Assembly: GCF_006345805.1 (NCBI RefSeq) | Contig: NC_043008.1 | Location: forward strand, 71,238,001-71,302,000 | Length of the DNA: 64,000 nt | Direction of reading: 5' to 3' | Source of the DNA: Octopus sinensis | Taxonomy: Eukaryota | Shown here: in pieces, positions 1-13,195 of the stretch | How positions within the stretch are numbered: position 1 is the stretch's first letter | Layout: each line of letters opens with the position of its first letter | Notes under the pieces: model-generated | Told to the model about the DNA's origin: nothing | Databases searched by the model: none | Seen by the model: the letters and a program-made list of their open reading frames with translations, nothing else | Program-made: the position numbers and the translations under genes

Positions 1-961
<961 letters not shown>

Positions 962-1058
962 ACTACCTACTACTACAATTATGTATATTTGCATACATGT
1001 GTACGGAAAGATATTTCACTCTTTCTTTAGTTCATAATGATATAATGAATTAATCATA

Positions 1059-1646
1059 TTCTTTTCTACACTATGCACAAGGCCCGAAATTTTGGAGGAG
1101 GGGCAAGATTGAACCCAGTACACAACTGATACTTAATTTATCGATCCCGAAAGAATGAAAGACAAAGATGACCTCTGAACTCAGAACGTAAAGACAGATG
1201 AAATATGCTAAGCATTTCGCCCAGCGTGCTATCATTTCTGCCACCTCGCCGCCTTACTTACTTTTACCAAATATTTTTTTCTATTCTAGGCACAAGGCCT
1301 AAAATTTTTGGGGCGGTAGCCAGTCAACTGGATCGATCCCCGTACAAAACTGGTACTTAATTGATCGACACCGAGAGGATGAAAGACAAAGACGACCTAA
1401 GCGGAATTTGAATTCAGAACAAAAGACTGACGAAATACGCTAAGCATTTCGCCCGGCTTGGTAACGTCTCTTATTTCTTTACTGCCCACAAGGGGCTAAA
1501 CATAGAGGGAACAAACAAGTTCGTAACTGGTACTTATTTAATCGACCCCGAAAGGATGAAAGGCAAAGTCGACCTCGGCGGAACTTGAACTCAGAATGTA
1601 AAGACAGATGAAATACTGCTAAGCATTTCACCCGGCTTGCTAACGT
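1059..1646 (-). mobile_element. Three stacked copies of a tRNA-derived SINE (1059-1256, 1275-1466, 1520-1646) with a 53-bp foreign segment at 1467-1519
   Basis: Each copy repeats TAAGCATTTCGCCCGG, GAACTCAGAA/GAATTCAGAA and GATGAAAG(G/A)CAAAG. The reverse complement matches plus-strand copies at 58771 and 59852 (GAGTTCAAATTCCG, B-box-like). Confidence 0.85.
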
Positions 1647-2455
1647 GTATCAAATATTGTTAGATATACAGTGGATTATTAACATTTTAAAAACTGTCTC
1701 TAAAAAAGAATTCGATTAATATTACTAAAATAATAAATGAACAAATTCTCAACAGAACGTACTTTAAGTGACTTGAAAAATTTGTATTATCAAAGAATTT
1801 CTGAAACCGAATAATTTATTTCTATATTTAGTTTCATGACCGATGCAATCAACACTATTTTAAGTCCAGCTCCATCAACTATTCTGAGATTGCAAATATA
1901 TTATATGATTAATGCTTGTAGTTACACCCATACAAAGAAATTCAACATGTGCTTCTGTTAAAGCGCTTGTTATCTGCCAAATATTTTATTTATTAACATT
2001 TAAAATATATTTTAGTTACGCGTGACATCGAAAAATATATTAGATTACATTACGTTCTTTTATTCGGTTCCTATTTTCAATTATTTACCAGAATTATATG
2101 TAGTTCTCATAGTTATAATATTTCGATTTTTTAAAACATTGTTTGAAACGTTGTTGGAGAATGTCCAAGTTTACAGAAGATAAAAACACAATAATTTTTA
2201 TTGTACATTTTTATCATATTTCGTAATTATAATAATAATGTATTATTAATGCTGATATTATACTATTATCAGATTATTAAAATTTGGTATTACACTCTAA
2301 ATGCATTATTAATTTAAATATTATTCTGTTCATGTTTCTGTAATATTGGCATCACGCTACAAAAATGAGTTTAACTTTTGCACTCCATACAATAAAGTTA
2401 TTTTCTTAGCACATTCCTTTAACAATGACTTGTTCAAAGTACAGTAATTTCGTGA

Positions 2456-2711
2456 CTATAACTTCCACGGATATGTTGTTTTAACGAGACTTAACTTTGC
2501 CTCTAACTGTGCTGACATCGATAGAAATATTACCAAAATATTACAACAACGCATAAATTGCATTATCATTTACCATTACCTTTGATATCATTGTTGAATA
2601 TTGACTTTCGTATCCTAATTTCTACATGGTGATAATTTCCGTAGCTTACTATTTGAAAGAGTAGAGTAAACTGGACAATAGGCGGCTCGTACTCTCTCCT
2701 TAGTTGCCTAA
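2456..2711 (-). CDS. Candidate exon pair of an unknown gene (2580-2711 and 2456-2511)
   Basis: AG...GTAATG-bounded 132-nt open exon RQLRREYEPPIVQFTLLFQIVSYGNYHHVEIRIRKSIFNNDIK, a 68-nt intron, then AQLEAKLSLVKTTYPWKL*. No homology recognised. Confidence 0.25.
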
Positions 2712-2837
2712 CTATTTACATGACAAAAAACTTCCTTTAACACAGTGACATTCTGGAAAGGTTTAATTTTTTTCCTGTATTGAAAGAGAAGTTCACATTT
2801 GTTTTAGCAAATGTTATTGTATATCCTTCTCCATAAT

Positions 2838-2917
2838 CATTTCGCCCGGCGTGCTAACGTTTCTTATTTCTTTATTGCCCACTAGGGGCTAAACATAGAG
2901 GGGACAAACAAGGACAG
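2838..2917 (-). mobile_element. Short chimeric SINE fragment with the same junction as 1441-1519
   Basis: CATTTCGCCCGGCGTGCTAACG joined to TTTCTTATTTCTTTATTGCCCACTAGGGGCTAAACATAGAGGGGACAAACAAG. Confidence 0.75.
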
Positions 2918-3941
2918 AGCCTCATTTGTAAACATTTCCTTTTGAGCCTCATGCGTAAACATTTCAAGAGCGTAGATTGATTACACCAACAGTTTGATTG
3001 CTGCTGTAGGGACTATTTTCGTTTGTGTCCCATATACTGCTTTGAAACAGCATATACATAATAAATATTATGACTTGACGAATACTGCATTACATTCGTC
3101 TTTTACCGATTTATGTGCATTACCTATGCTACATAGATGACTCTTTTAATTTAGTATTCTGTTGCATATAATTACTTTTTTACATCTCGAGGGTTAAAAA
3201 TAATACCAGAAAATATTCCCATGTTTTTTCTATATACAGAGGGGACAAATCTTTTCTAAGCCTGTTACGGGCAGTGATCCCACAAAATTGACAAAGACCA
3301 ATGGTGCAAAATTGGATCTGTCCAATCCGCTTGCTACTGATAATTTTCTCTCGCCAATATGCATTGAATTTTCAAACATTGCATAACCTTAAAAGATGTT
3401 ATCTTTGCACGAAGACTGCAGTAACTTTCAATTTCACCGATGTCTTTACAATGTATATAAGATTTAAATGGTTATTTTTCTTTAATACTGCAGGTATTCG
3501 TTATAACAGATGCATATACATACATACATACAAACATACATACACACACATATCGTTGTTATTATGCTAAGCTGTTGTATGTCCAAATTTGGCCAAATGC
3601 GTTTTTACATTATTTAATTTTGCTTGCAAAAACCTTTTCTTATGGTCACACTATCGTATATCCAGTTGTTTCAGATACGAAGATATGAAAATTGTCAAAG
3701 TGTAATAGACCAGTTTAGCATTTTTCGAAAGTATAGTAAGTCCCGCATACGACAGTTTTACAAAAATATCCCTAACTGAAAATATCATACATGCATGGAG
3801 TTACGATATTATACACCCAACAAAGTATTATTGTTAAGCTGAAACTGTTGCTAATGTAAACGAAATGGGATGGTGAAACTATTTTTCGTTTTCTGAGAAA
3901 GCAAAGTTTTGGACTTAAGAAACTTTTGCGTAAAAGCAACG

Positions 3942-4037
<96 letters not shown>

Positions 4038-4292
4038 AAGAGAGAGAGAGAGAGAAGAAAGAAAGAGAGAGAGAGAGAAAGAAAGAGAGAGAGAGAGAGA
4101 AAGAGAGAGAGAGTGAAGTGATAGCGCTAAGCATTGTTTAGGCACGAAAAGAATTGGTTAGTTGAAATATGTTAGTTGAAATATGTTTATATCATGGTGC
4201 AACTGCTAAAAGGCAGATAGACTGCGATTGCCCTGGAGAATACATCTGTCTCATGGTAAAAAGGTGTGAAGACACCAAAACACCCGGTTCAT

Positions 4293-4330
<38 letters not shown>

Positions 4331-4333
<3 letters not shown>

Positions 4334-4617
4334 TAAATATAAGAGAGTGGTCACTATGTGGCTCACTCTAGCACTAGAAATAGATCCAATAGGTTTCAAC
4401 CACAAAATAAATGTTTCCCATGAAAGTCAACACGATTGTTAGCTCAAACGAACAGGGCAAATAAAATAACAAAAATACAGATTATTTTGGGACAATTGTT
4501 TCGCTGTTATTGAATTAAATGTAATTTTACTCACATCAAATTCACTTGCAGCTCATCAGCCAAAACTTATCTAGCGCTAGAGTGAGCCACATAGTGACCA
4601 CTCTCTTATATTTACTT
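4331..4617 (-). mobile_element. PLE-type pseudo-LTR relic or MITE-like element with 42-bp perfect inverted termini
   Basis: 4331-4372 AAGTAAATATAAGAGAGTGGTCACTATGTGGCTCACTCTAGC is the exact reverse complement of 4576-4617. It contains an HHR. Confidence 0.75.
4485..4565 (-). ncRNA. Type I hammerhead ribozyme, canonical core
   Basis: Minus strand UUUUGG-CUGAUGA-GCUG-(42-nt hairpin)-CAGC-GAA-ACAAUUGU-C^CCAAAA. Stem I is 6 bp, stem II starts with G-C, stem III is palindromic, and the cleavage triplet is GUC. Confidence 0.85.
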
Positions 4618-4787
4618 ATGTATAAAATATAATATATTATAAAATATTATAATAATTCAGGTTTCTCTGTGCACTGGGCCACTTGGTGTTGAATCGGGAT
4701 ACTATTAAATTAGTATCTAATTCTATCACCCTTATTAATTAATTATATATATATATAAAGACATATATTTACTTAGGTATATATGTA

Positions 4788-5001
4788 CGCAGGAGTGCTG
4801 AGAAGTTCTTGGCTTTGCTTAAAAGAAAATACAGGAAGTTCTTTTATTTTATATGATTTTATGCGACTTATTCTCAGATTTACCTATTTATTACAGCAGA
4901 CTTTGAGTTTTCCTAAGGCCTATACAAGCACGCGGAAATGTTGGCCGCTCACCTGGCCTTCCGCAATACCCTTAAAGTCAGGAACCTTTTAGCACCACCT
5001 G
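4788..5001. mobile_element. Mariner-type MITE
   Basis: Imperfect TIRs CAGGAGTGCTGAGAAGTTCTTGGCTTT / AAAGTCAGGAACCTTTTAGCACCACCTG in TA context. Confidence 0.65.
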
Positions 5002-5014
5002 ATATATATACATT

Positions 5015-5087
<73 letters not shown>

Positions 5088-5659
5088 GCATACACACATA
5101 CACACACATTTGGAGGAGTGTGTTATCTGTGTAAACTATTCACTAAACAGCAATGAGAATGCCATATGCAGATGTAAATATCAACTCAAATCTCTTAAGC
5201 GACACACAACAAATAAACAAACGTCAATAAAATATATCCAAAACAAATTGTCTAGTTTCTGCAAACTTTTGTGATAATGTGTCACTATTTGATTGCCAGG
5301 CCTGAGGGTTGACTCTTAAAATGCATCTATTTCTATTCGGGAATCTTTAAGTATCGAGGTACGATGAAGTTGTGATGCCAAGTGATAACTGGTAAGGTGA
5401 TATATTGAGTGTACGTGGGGTTAAAATAAGAATAAATAGTATTGGAGTATGTTGGAGCATGTATGTATGTATGTGTGTGCATATGTATGTTTACATGCAT
5501 GTATGTCTGTAAAAGTTTGTTAAATCTTCTGTAAAATATACTTCTATGCTTTTTCCAAATTTATTTACGTTTTTTATCTATAATTTTTGATTTGTATGGA
5601 CTCCTAACCACCTTTGATCTATGATTACACACACGTCGTTTTTTTAGGAAGCAGATACT

Positions 5660-6140
5660 TCTTAAAAAGGGCTGTAAACACCATTTTAATTTTATATATC
5701 TATGACATGATCAATACTGACCGCAGCTTTAGGGTGAAAAATAAAATTATTGCTTTTGATTGCAAATTTAAAGATAAATGTTTGCTTAGTAATATTCGCA
5801 AGCAAAACAAATGTAGTATATAGAAGCGAAGTAGAAATTGAAGGACTAAATTATTATTACATTGGCTCAACTGGAAATTTTATTAAGCGAATACTTGCCA
5901 ACTATAAACACTCACTTAGAAACAGGAATAAATATACCAGCACCAGTCTAAGTGAAAGTAAAGAACGAAAATAAGTAGTTTAACATAAAGTGGGAAGTCA
6001 TATGATATTAATGACTCGTTGTAAACTTCATATTGATGAACTCTTTCAAATATTATAAGCTAAAGGCAAGTTTTTAACATTAAATGCGAAAAAGGTTTAT
6101 CATGTACGCCTCCATATAAATTTGTATTTGAAAACTATAA
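5660..6140 (+). pseudogene. Degenerate GIY-YIG endonuclease region of a Penelope-like element
   Basis: DCKFKDKCLL, then NVVYRSEV...YYYIGSTGNFIKR...YKHSLRN...STSLS, then NIKWEV...CKLHIDE, across frameshifts. Confidence 0.7.
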
Positions 6141-6299
6141 ATAAAAATATAATAAAATAGAAAGTAGATTAGGATATAAATTGAATACTTTAATAGATAT
6201 AAGTATGCTTTACAATGTACAACTACTATAAAATTATATGTGGACTATATAAGAAAATAATTCATGTACAGAACTGAAAAAAACAACAAAAAAACAACA

Positions 6300-6334
6300 A
6301 CAATAATGATAATAATAATAATAATATAATAATA

Positions 6335-6381
<47 letters not shown>
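6300..6381 (+). repeat. (TAA)n tract at the 5' flank of the Dong-like LINE
   Basis: Direct reading. Confidence 0.95.
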
Positions 6382-6382
<1 letters not shown>

Positions 6383-7978
6383 CGGAATGGATTTTGGCCT
6401 TGGGCCTTGATAAGTGTGCTAAAGCAACTTTTGTAAGAGGCAAGCTCAAGCAAACAGCTTCTGTTAAATTAGATATTGACACTACCATCAAGGAACTTGA
6501 CCCACAAGAAAGTTACAAATACCTAGGAATCAACGAAGGAGATGGTATACATCATGCTACTATGAAGGAAAAAATAAGAAAGGAATACTATAGGAGAATA
6601 AGGCTTGTACTGAAGACTGAACTCAACTCCAAAAATTGCATTGAGGCCATTAACACCCTGGCGCTTCCAGTAGTCCAGTACAGTTTTAACATCATTAACT
6701 GGAACCTTACGGAACTCCAACGCTTGGACAGGAAGACAAGAAAATTACTGACATCCAAGAGCATGCACCACCCTAAGGCAGATATAGACCGCCTGTACCT
6801 ACCTAGAAGCAGCGGGGGGGGGAGAGGAATGATGCAATTAGAGCTTTGCTATAAGACCTCTACTGTAGGAATGAACAGGTACCTATCTAGTACAAAGGAC
6901 TGGATGCTGCGACTTGTGTGCGAACACGAAAGCAGCAAAAAGCTGCATTCTATTGTCAAGGAAGCCTATAAGTTCGAAAGGGAACTAGACATTAACCTTG
7001 AATCAGATGAAGAGCCGGAAACCACTGCTACCAAGCAAGCAAAGCGAATCAAGCAGACTGCAAAAAAGAACGGGCAGAATCAAATTGAGAGGCGGTGGAG
7101 CCAGAAGCCCCTGCATGGACAATATATTCTCCGAAGCCAATATGCTGATGTCGACCAAGAAACAACCCATCAGTGGCTGAAGAGTTCTGGATTGAAAGCA
7201 GAGACTGAAGGCTTCATAATGGCAGCACAAGATCAAAGCTTGTTTACCAGAAATTACCAGGCTAACGTTCTCCGAAACGGTACTGACCCTAAATGCAGAT
7301 TCTGCGACACATTTGACGAAACGATAGACCATCTCGTTTCGGGATGTCCTGTGCTGACACCAAACGGATGCAAAAATCGCCATGATAGGGTTGGACAGTA
7401 TATACATTGGAAGATATGTAAATACTACAAATTCGACACTCCTGCTAACTCGTATGAACACCATCCTCAGCCAGTTGTTGAAGGTAAGGATGTCACCATC
7501 CTCTGGGATTTTCCAGTCAACACTGACAGAACGATCAAGGCTAATCGACCAGACATAATTGTTAAAGACAGGGAAGAAAATACCTGCAGACTAATAGAGG
7601 TAAGCGTCCCCACTGATAAAAATGTATCTGTAAAGGAATTTGACAAACTTAGTAAATATAAGGACCTGGAAATCGAAATACAAAAGATGTGGAATCTAGG
7701 TATGATAAAAAAGGGATGTCAGAAACACCTAGACAATATCCCTGGAGAACCATGTCTCAAGGAAATCCAAAAGATTGTGCTAACAAGTACTGCCCACATC
7801 CTTAGAAAAACCCTATCAATGTAAATGTTTGTGTTTGTATTACATGGAGATATTTCTCTACTTCCCTCCCCAAGCTTTCAACTATATTTCAACAACTCTT
7901 AACCTTCACTTGCCCTAGGGCGCTGGGTGTGCCCCGGCAAGTGATTGCATCAAACATGCAGATTAAAAGTAAATGACA
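6381..7978 (+). mobile_element. 5'-truncated R4/Dong-clade non-LTR retrotransposon with restriction-like endonuclease
   Basis: RT C-terminal half, CCHC knuckle, RLE domain and ~150-bp 3' UTR, with (TAA)n on both sides. Confidence 0.88.
6394..7824 (+). CDS. Partial ORF (476 aa): RT C-terminus, CCHC zinc knuckle and RLE endonuclease
   Basis: GLDKC, YKYLG, DIDRLYLPR, AAQDQ, CRFC..ETIDHLVSGC, RHD, NRPDI...LIEVSVP...KLSKY. Confidence 0.9.
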   Translation: MALGLDKCAKATFVRGKLKQTASVKLDIDTTIKELDPQESYKYLGINEGDGIHHATMKEKIRKEYYRRIRLVLKTELNSKNCIEAINTLALPVVQYSFNIINWNLTELQRLDRKTRKLLTSKSMHHPKADIDRLYLPRSSGGGRGMMQLELCYKTSTVGMNRYLSSTKDWMLRLVCEHESSKKLHSIVKEAYKFERELDINLESDEEPETTATKQAKRIKQTAKKNGQNQIERRWSQKPLHGQYILRSQYADVDQETTHQWLKSSGLKAETEGFIMAAQDQSLFTRNYQANVLRNGTDPKCRFCDTFDETIDHLVSGCPVLTPNGCKNRHDRVGQYIHWKICKYYKFDTPANSYEHHPQPVVEGKDVTILWDFPVNTDRTIKANRPDIIVKDREENTCRLIEVSVPTDKNVSVKEFDKLSKYKDLEIEIQKMWNLGMIKKGCQKHLDNIPGEPCLKEIQKIVLTSTAHILRKTLSM

Positions 7979-7980
7979 AT

Positions 7981-8008
7981 GATAATAATAATAATAATAA
8001 TAATAATA

Positions 8009-8042
<34 letters not shown>
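7981..8042 (+). repeat. (TAA)n tract at the 3' flank of the Dong-like LINE
   Basis: Direct reading. Confidence 0.95.
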
Positions 8043-8043
<1 letters not shown>

Positions 8044-8657
8044 TATTTTGTCTCCTATATTGACTTTCAAGATTTATCAAATGGTGAAAATATTTGCAAC
8101 GCTTACTTTGATGACATAAAATACAAATGCCATACATAGAGAAAGTAGAATAGAATACACCGCTATCACAGGGTTATGCATATTAGAGCACATATAAGCA
8201 CAAAAACAAAAACAAACGCATATACATTAGTAACGGTATATTTAAAAACAATTAATACGCACGCGCGAAGGCGAATTTAACATACATCCGCACACAGATA
8301 AATATAAACAAAATACATATACATATATAACAGTTTTTGAAATATTAACCTGCACACGCGCACACACATATATAAACGTATTTTGACATGTTGATTCTTT
8401 TGATGGTCACCCGGTCAGTTGTGATGTAGCTCCTTCTGCGTTTTAATTCTTATGCTGATGAAGTGTTTAACTCGCTATTTTCAAAATTCAATTTTAATTT
8501 ATTAATTTTGTTCTTGAGCATTTTGTGTCTGGAAACAATTGCTGGTTGCTGAGAATCTTCAAAATATCTTAATAAATTGATGTTTATCGGATAAATCTCT
8601 CCATTTTCTTATTATTGAATACTATATATATCTATCTATCTATCTATATATATATAT

Positions 8658-8735
<78 letters not shown>

Positions 8736-11460
8736 GGTGCCCCACCATGGCCACAGCTCGTGAGCTGAAACTAGATAAAATAAAAAGTAAAATATATGTG
8801 TGTGTGTATGTGTGTATATGTGTGTGTATACATACACACACACACACACATGATGTGTCTTGCTAATGCAGTTTCATGTCAGTATGATATATGGTTATTA
8901 TGTGACTCAATTTTTGTGAGTATTTAAAATCAATGTTGTTAGATATTTTAATAATTTGTTTTCAAATATTTCTCATTTAAAAGCGGTATAGACGCGAGAG
9001 TTGGAAGAAATTAGCCGTTTTGGTATTAGAACATTTTTGTACTAAGTTTACTATTGAATTTTATTTTAGAAATTTACATGATGGAAGTCAATAAGTTTGC
9101 AATGAGTCCATGAGGAGTGTCAATGTTATAAAAGTTTGCCGACCTGTTCTTTAAAAGAAAACTTTGATGACCATATCTTTAATATCTGCAGACGATCAGA
9201 ACCGACACATGCCTGAGGTGTAATGTTTATAGTACTGTATTCTTAAAGAATGATACTTCTACTTGTAGACTTAGACTAGCATGAACTGATATTTTTTTAC
9301 AGTCAGGTACGATGTGCTGCCAATAGTTGTATCATCTGTATTTTGTAGAAAATGCGCAGAACTGTTGAGACGATAAGAACAGCAGGAATTCAATGAATTT
9401 TATTGAAAGAATAAGTGTTAATCCTTAAATATCTTTTGATCACTCATATAACTCTTGGTCATTTGATACCTGCTGATAACAATTCACATAAAACGGTTCA
9501 TGTTTCGTTACATGGCGTGTGTTTTTCTTTGTAATCGATAAGCTTTCTAACTCACCTCTGCAATGTGTTGCAATGTCCATAAACCTTTGTACTGTTGATA
9601 AATGGTTGGTATTCAAGTAATTGATGTTCTCTTGCTAAACAACCGTTTTATACTTTAATCACCGCTCTAAAGCAAGCTTGTATTTGAACTTCTAATAAAC
9701 CGCTTCATTAAGTTCATATCTGAGCGCCATCTTCTCGCAGCTTTTTACAATGCTACTCGGCTGCCCGTCCACTCACCTCCAACTCTACAGTCATATTAAA
9801 CATTTTTATTTCCACGTTTTCTTTGTCTTTTTATACAATACGTCTGTTCTTTCTTTCTCTCTTTCCACTGCATTGATTATCTCTCAAATTTGGTAATCGC
9901 AAGCGTGTTTTATCTACTACAGAGACAGCAGATATTCTGTAAAGTACAGGTTTTTAATGTGAAATGTATTTAAAAGAACGAAACTATGAGGAAAGGTAAG
10001 CAATATGTTGTTAGTAATTCGCTGAAACATAATTTTCCCAACCGGCATCCTTCTTTCTATGTATTAAAGAGTTTGATCAACAATTTCGCAGCGATAAATA
10101 AATTGTGTGTGAGGGTAAGATCTTTATTAAACCTTTAATACCATGTTATAAAGAAGAAGAAATGAACTAAACACTTTGACGTAATACAATCTAGAAAGGC
10201 TTATTATTGAGAAATATCGATCCTTTGTTATTATGTATGAAGTACACGGCTTTTCAGATTTATAAGGAAAAGCGAAATGGAAATTACCATCGTTTCATAT
10301 TGGTAAATATAGCATGAATGCTATTAAAAACAGGTGTGAATTCTACAACGAAATTGCGTTGATTAATGTCATCACACGGATATAATTATATACGCAAATT
10401 TAATAATTATTTTTTTGTTGTTGATATTTCTATTATCACCTGGATTAGAAGAACTCGTTAGAGAGTCAGGCTAAATCCATCGCAGTTTCCATTCCGGCTC
10501 TTTACGTTGCGAGTTCTAATTCTTCCAATCTTAGCTTTGCTTTTCATCTCGCCAAGACTTTTAAAATAATACTATTACATCTGTCTTCAATTTCTGCTCG
10601 GTTGATTTCGGATTGCTATCAATACCGCATGTGAGAGTAAAGTGCAAGGAATTTTGATAGTCGTTTCCTACCGTGAATCAATTTTTTGATTAACGAATTA
10701 ATTCGTATTTTGTTTTTGCATATAACCGTCTCCCCACAATGTTACGCCATTTTCCTATAAATTCTTATTATACGACCTGTCTAACTAGACGAGTCTAATA
10801 CTAGATATTTACCGAAAACATTACCGGTCAAGTATCTCATTACCTATAGCAGTTAGTAGGTATTACAATTAATATGCATTCTACTAAATGATATTCACTT
10901 TACTTAACTTAAGAAGTTAACATATTAAATTAATATATATCGCATGTATTACATATAATGATGTGTATTACATTAAATAATGTAGCGTACTTTTAATGAT
11001 GTATGATGAAGTTAATAATAATAGTGCTATAAAATTTGATATATATTAGTGTTAATAACGCATGTAGCTTTTGATAATGTGCATTACAGTTAATATTATA
11101 TGTCGAAGTTAATAATGTGAATCAGAATTAGTAATATATTTGATAGAAGTTCCTATAAACTTAAACCATATGACATTCCGTAATGTATATAATACTTCAT
11201 TATTGTATTTCGTACAGAGTATGGTTAATAATGTTTATTACATTAAATGTGTCAAAGTAATAATATATGACAAAATTAATGATACACATGATTGTTAATT
11301 GACCAAAATGTAAGCTGTAATATAATTCTGTTAACAATGTACGTGACTCTTAATGAAATGTGTCATACGTTTATCATAGGTAAGTATATTATATTACAGG
11401 GTGCAACATATGATATTAAAATATATAAAATGTTGTAAATAATGTATATCTAAGTATACC

Positions 11461-11737
11461 TGGTTTAAGGGTTAGGAGTATCCGGCTCACGATTGTAAGG
11501 TCGTGAGATCGATTCCCAGGGGTGCATTGTGTCCTTGAACATTGCTCCAGTCTACTCAATTGACAAAAATAAAATGTATTTGAAAGGGCCAGTCTTATCC
11601 AATCCTGAGTCACACTCATAACTACGTTAAGAGTACGCGTGTCTATGGTGAGCTCTTGAACGTTAAAACTACCAGCAAGCTGTCCGTTGATCGGATCATT
11701 TGGAATCCTCATCGTCGTAACCGACGGAGTGCCACCC
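11461..11737 (+). mobile_element. tRNA-derived SINE
   Basis: GAGATCGATTCC B-box-like head. The tail GTTGATCGGATC...CGTAACCGACGGAGTGCCA is shared with 18492-18873 (-). Confidence 0.8.
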
Positions 11738-12472
11738 TTTTATTTTTTAACTATACATTTAAAGCCAGTGAGTTAACAGGATTTTTGTTAAACTGTAGGT
11801 ATTTGTTGCGGGTTTCTTCATTCTCAGTTTAAATTACGCTGATACAAATTAACGACTTATTCGAGGTCGATAAATGTTGTTGTCAATTTTTTTTTATCTC
11901 ACTCGGAATCCACACAGTGCAGAGAGCAGGAAACTCATCATTTATTTCACCGCCGCAACAATTCTCACATCACCAATCAATAGGTGTGCAAAATGATATT
12001 TAATTCATATTACATAGAGAAAAAGTAAATTCACTTTAAACGTTTTAATGCACAAAATTCCAGGGATTTGCTTTTGTCTTATTTGGGAGTACAAAATAAA
12101 TGAATAAATAAAAAAGAAAACACACACACACACACGTTTCTGTGTATGAGTGTGTGTGTAGTAATGAGCTCAATTGGCTAAGCCAGAACTTCAGTTTTTG
12201 CCTTGCAGTATTTTTTTGCCTGCAAATAATCTACGTTCAATTCGGCTTGAGGGTATCTTTGCCAACGGGATCGATAAGTGAATTATAAATCTTACACTGG
12301 AGCGAATCCTTCTCTTTCTCTCTGGATGAATTGAGGGAAATATGCATGCATATTACGTAGGCATTTGTATATGTATGCAAGTATGTGTTTATGTATACAT
12401 GTATTCATGTATATAACATGCATGTATATAAGCTTCTTTGTTTATCTCTATATACATGTGAGAATAGATGTA

Positions 12473-12689
12473 CAGTAATCCGTCAACTATCGCGGGTGTA
12501 ACGTTTCAAAAGTCACCGCGATAGGTGAAAATCCGCGAAGTATAAACAGTACTGTATATTTAAAAAGATGTTTTTGTAATTTGTAAATATTTATTTTATT
12601 ATAAATGCAAAACAACACCAGGGAGAAATCGACGTAAGCTTAAAAAATAAACCGCAATAAGTGAACCGCGATATGGCGAGGGTTTGCTG
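12473..12689 (-). mobile_element. Tigger/pogo-derived MITE
   Basis: TA-flanked with CAGTAA.../...TTGCTG termini. CCGCGATAGGTGAAAATCCGCGAAGT is the reverse complement of the end of the element at 58989-59838. Confidence 0.75.
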
Positions 12690-13098
12690 TATTGTATACA
12701 TAGATGAATTGATTGATATAGGTATGTAAGAATGCATGCATTTGTGGATGCATATATATCTGTATATATTATAAAAGACGATCTAATTTTATACGTGGTC
12801 CAACGTTTGTCCAAGCAATTATTATGATGTGGAAGTCTTGTAAACCACAATATAATTCATCCTACCATGTTTATATCCCAAAGACTTAACTTCAATATCC
12901 GTTATAGCAACTAAAAACATCTGCTGTTATTTTAAAGTTCTTCAACGTACCGTTATTGAATTTTCTCTCTTCACTCCATTTCTTCCTTCCTTTTTTTTCC
13001 TTAATGCCTCACTCTTCATTCTCTCTGTTTCTTTATCTTTTTCTCACCTATCGATTTTACTCTCTCTCTCTCTCTTTCTCTCTCACACACATACCCCC

Positions 13099-13195
<97 letters not shown>

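Noticed and set aside
2780-2840. DYGEGYTITF as an ABCA transporter motif
   Set aside because: Flanking ABCA motifs are absent.
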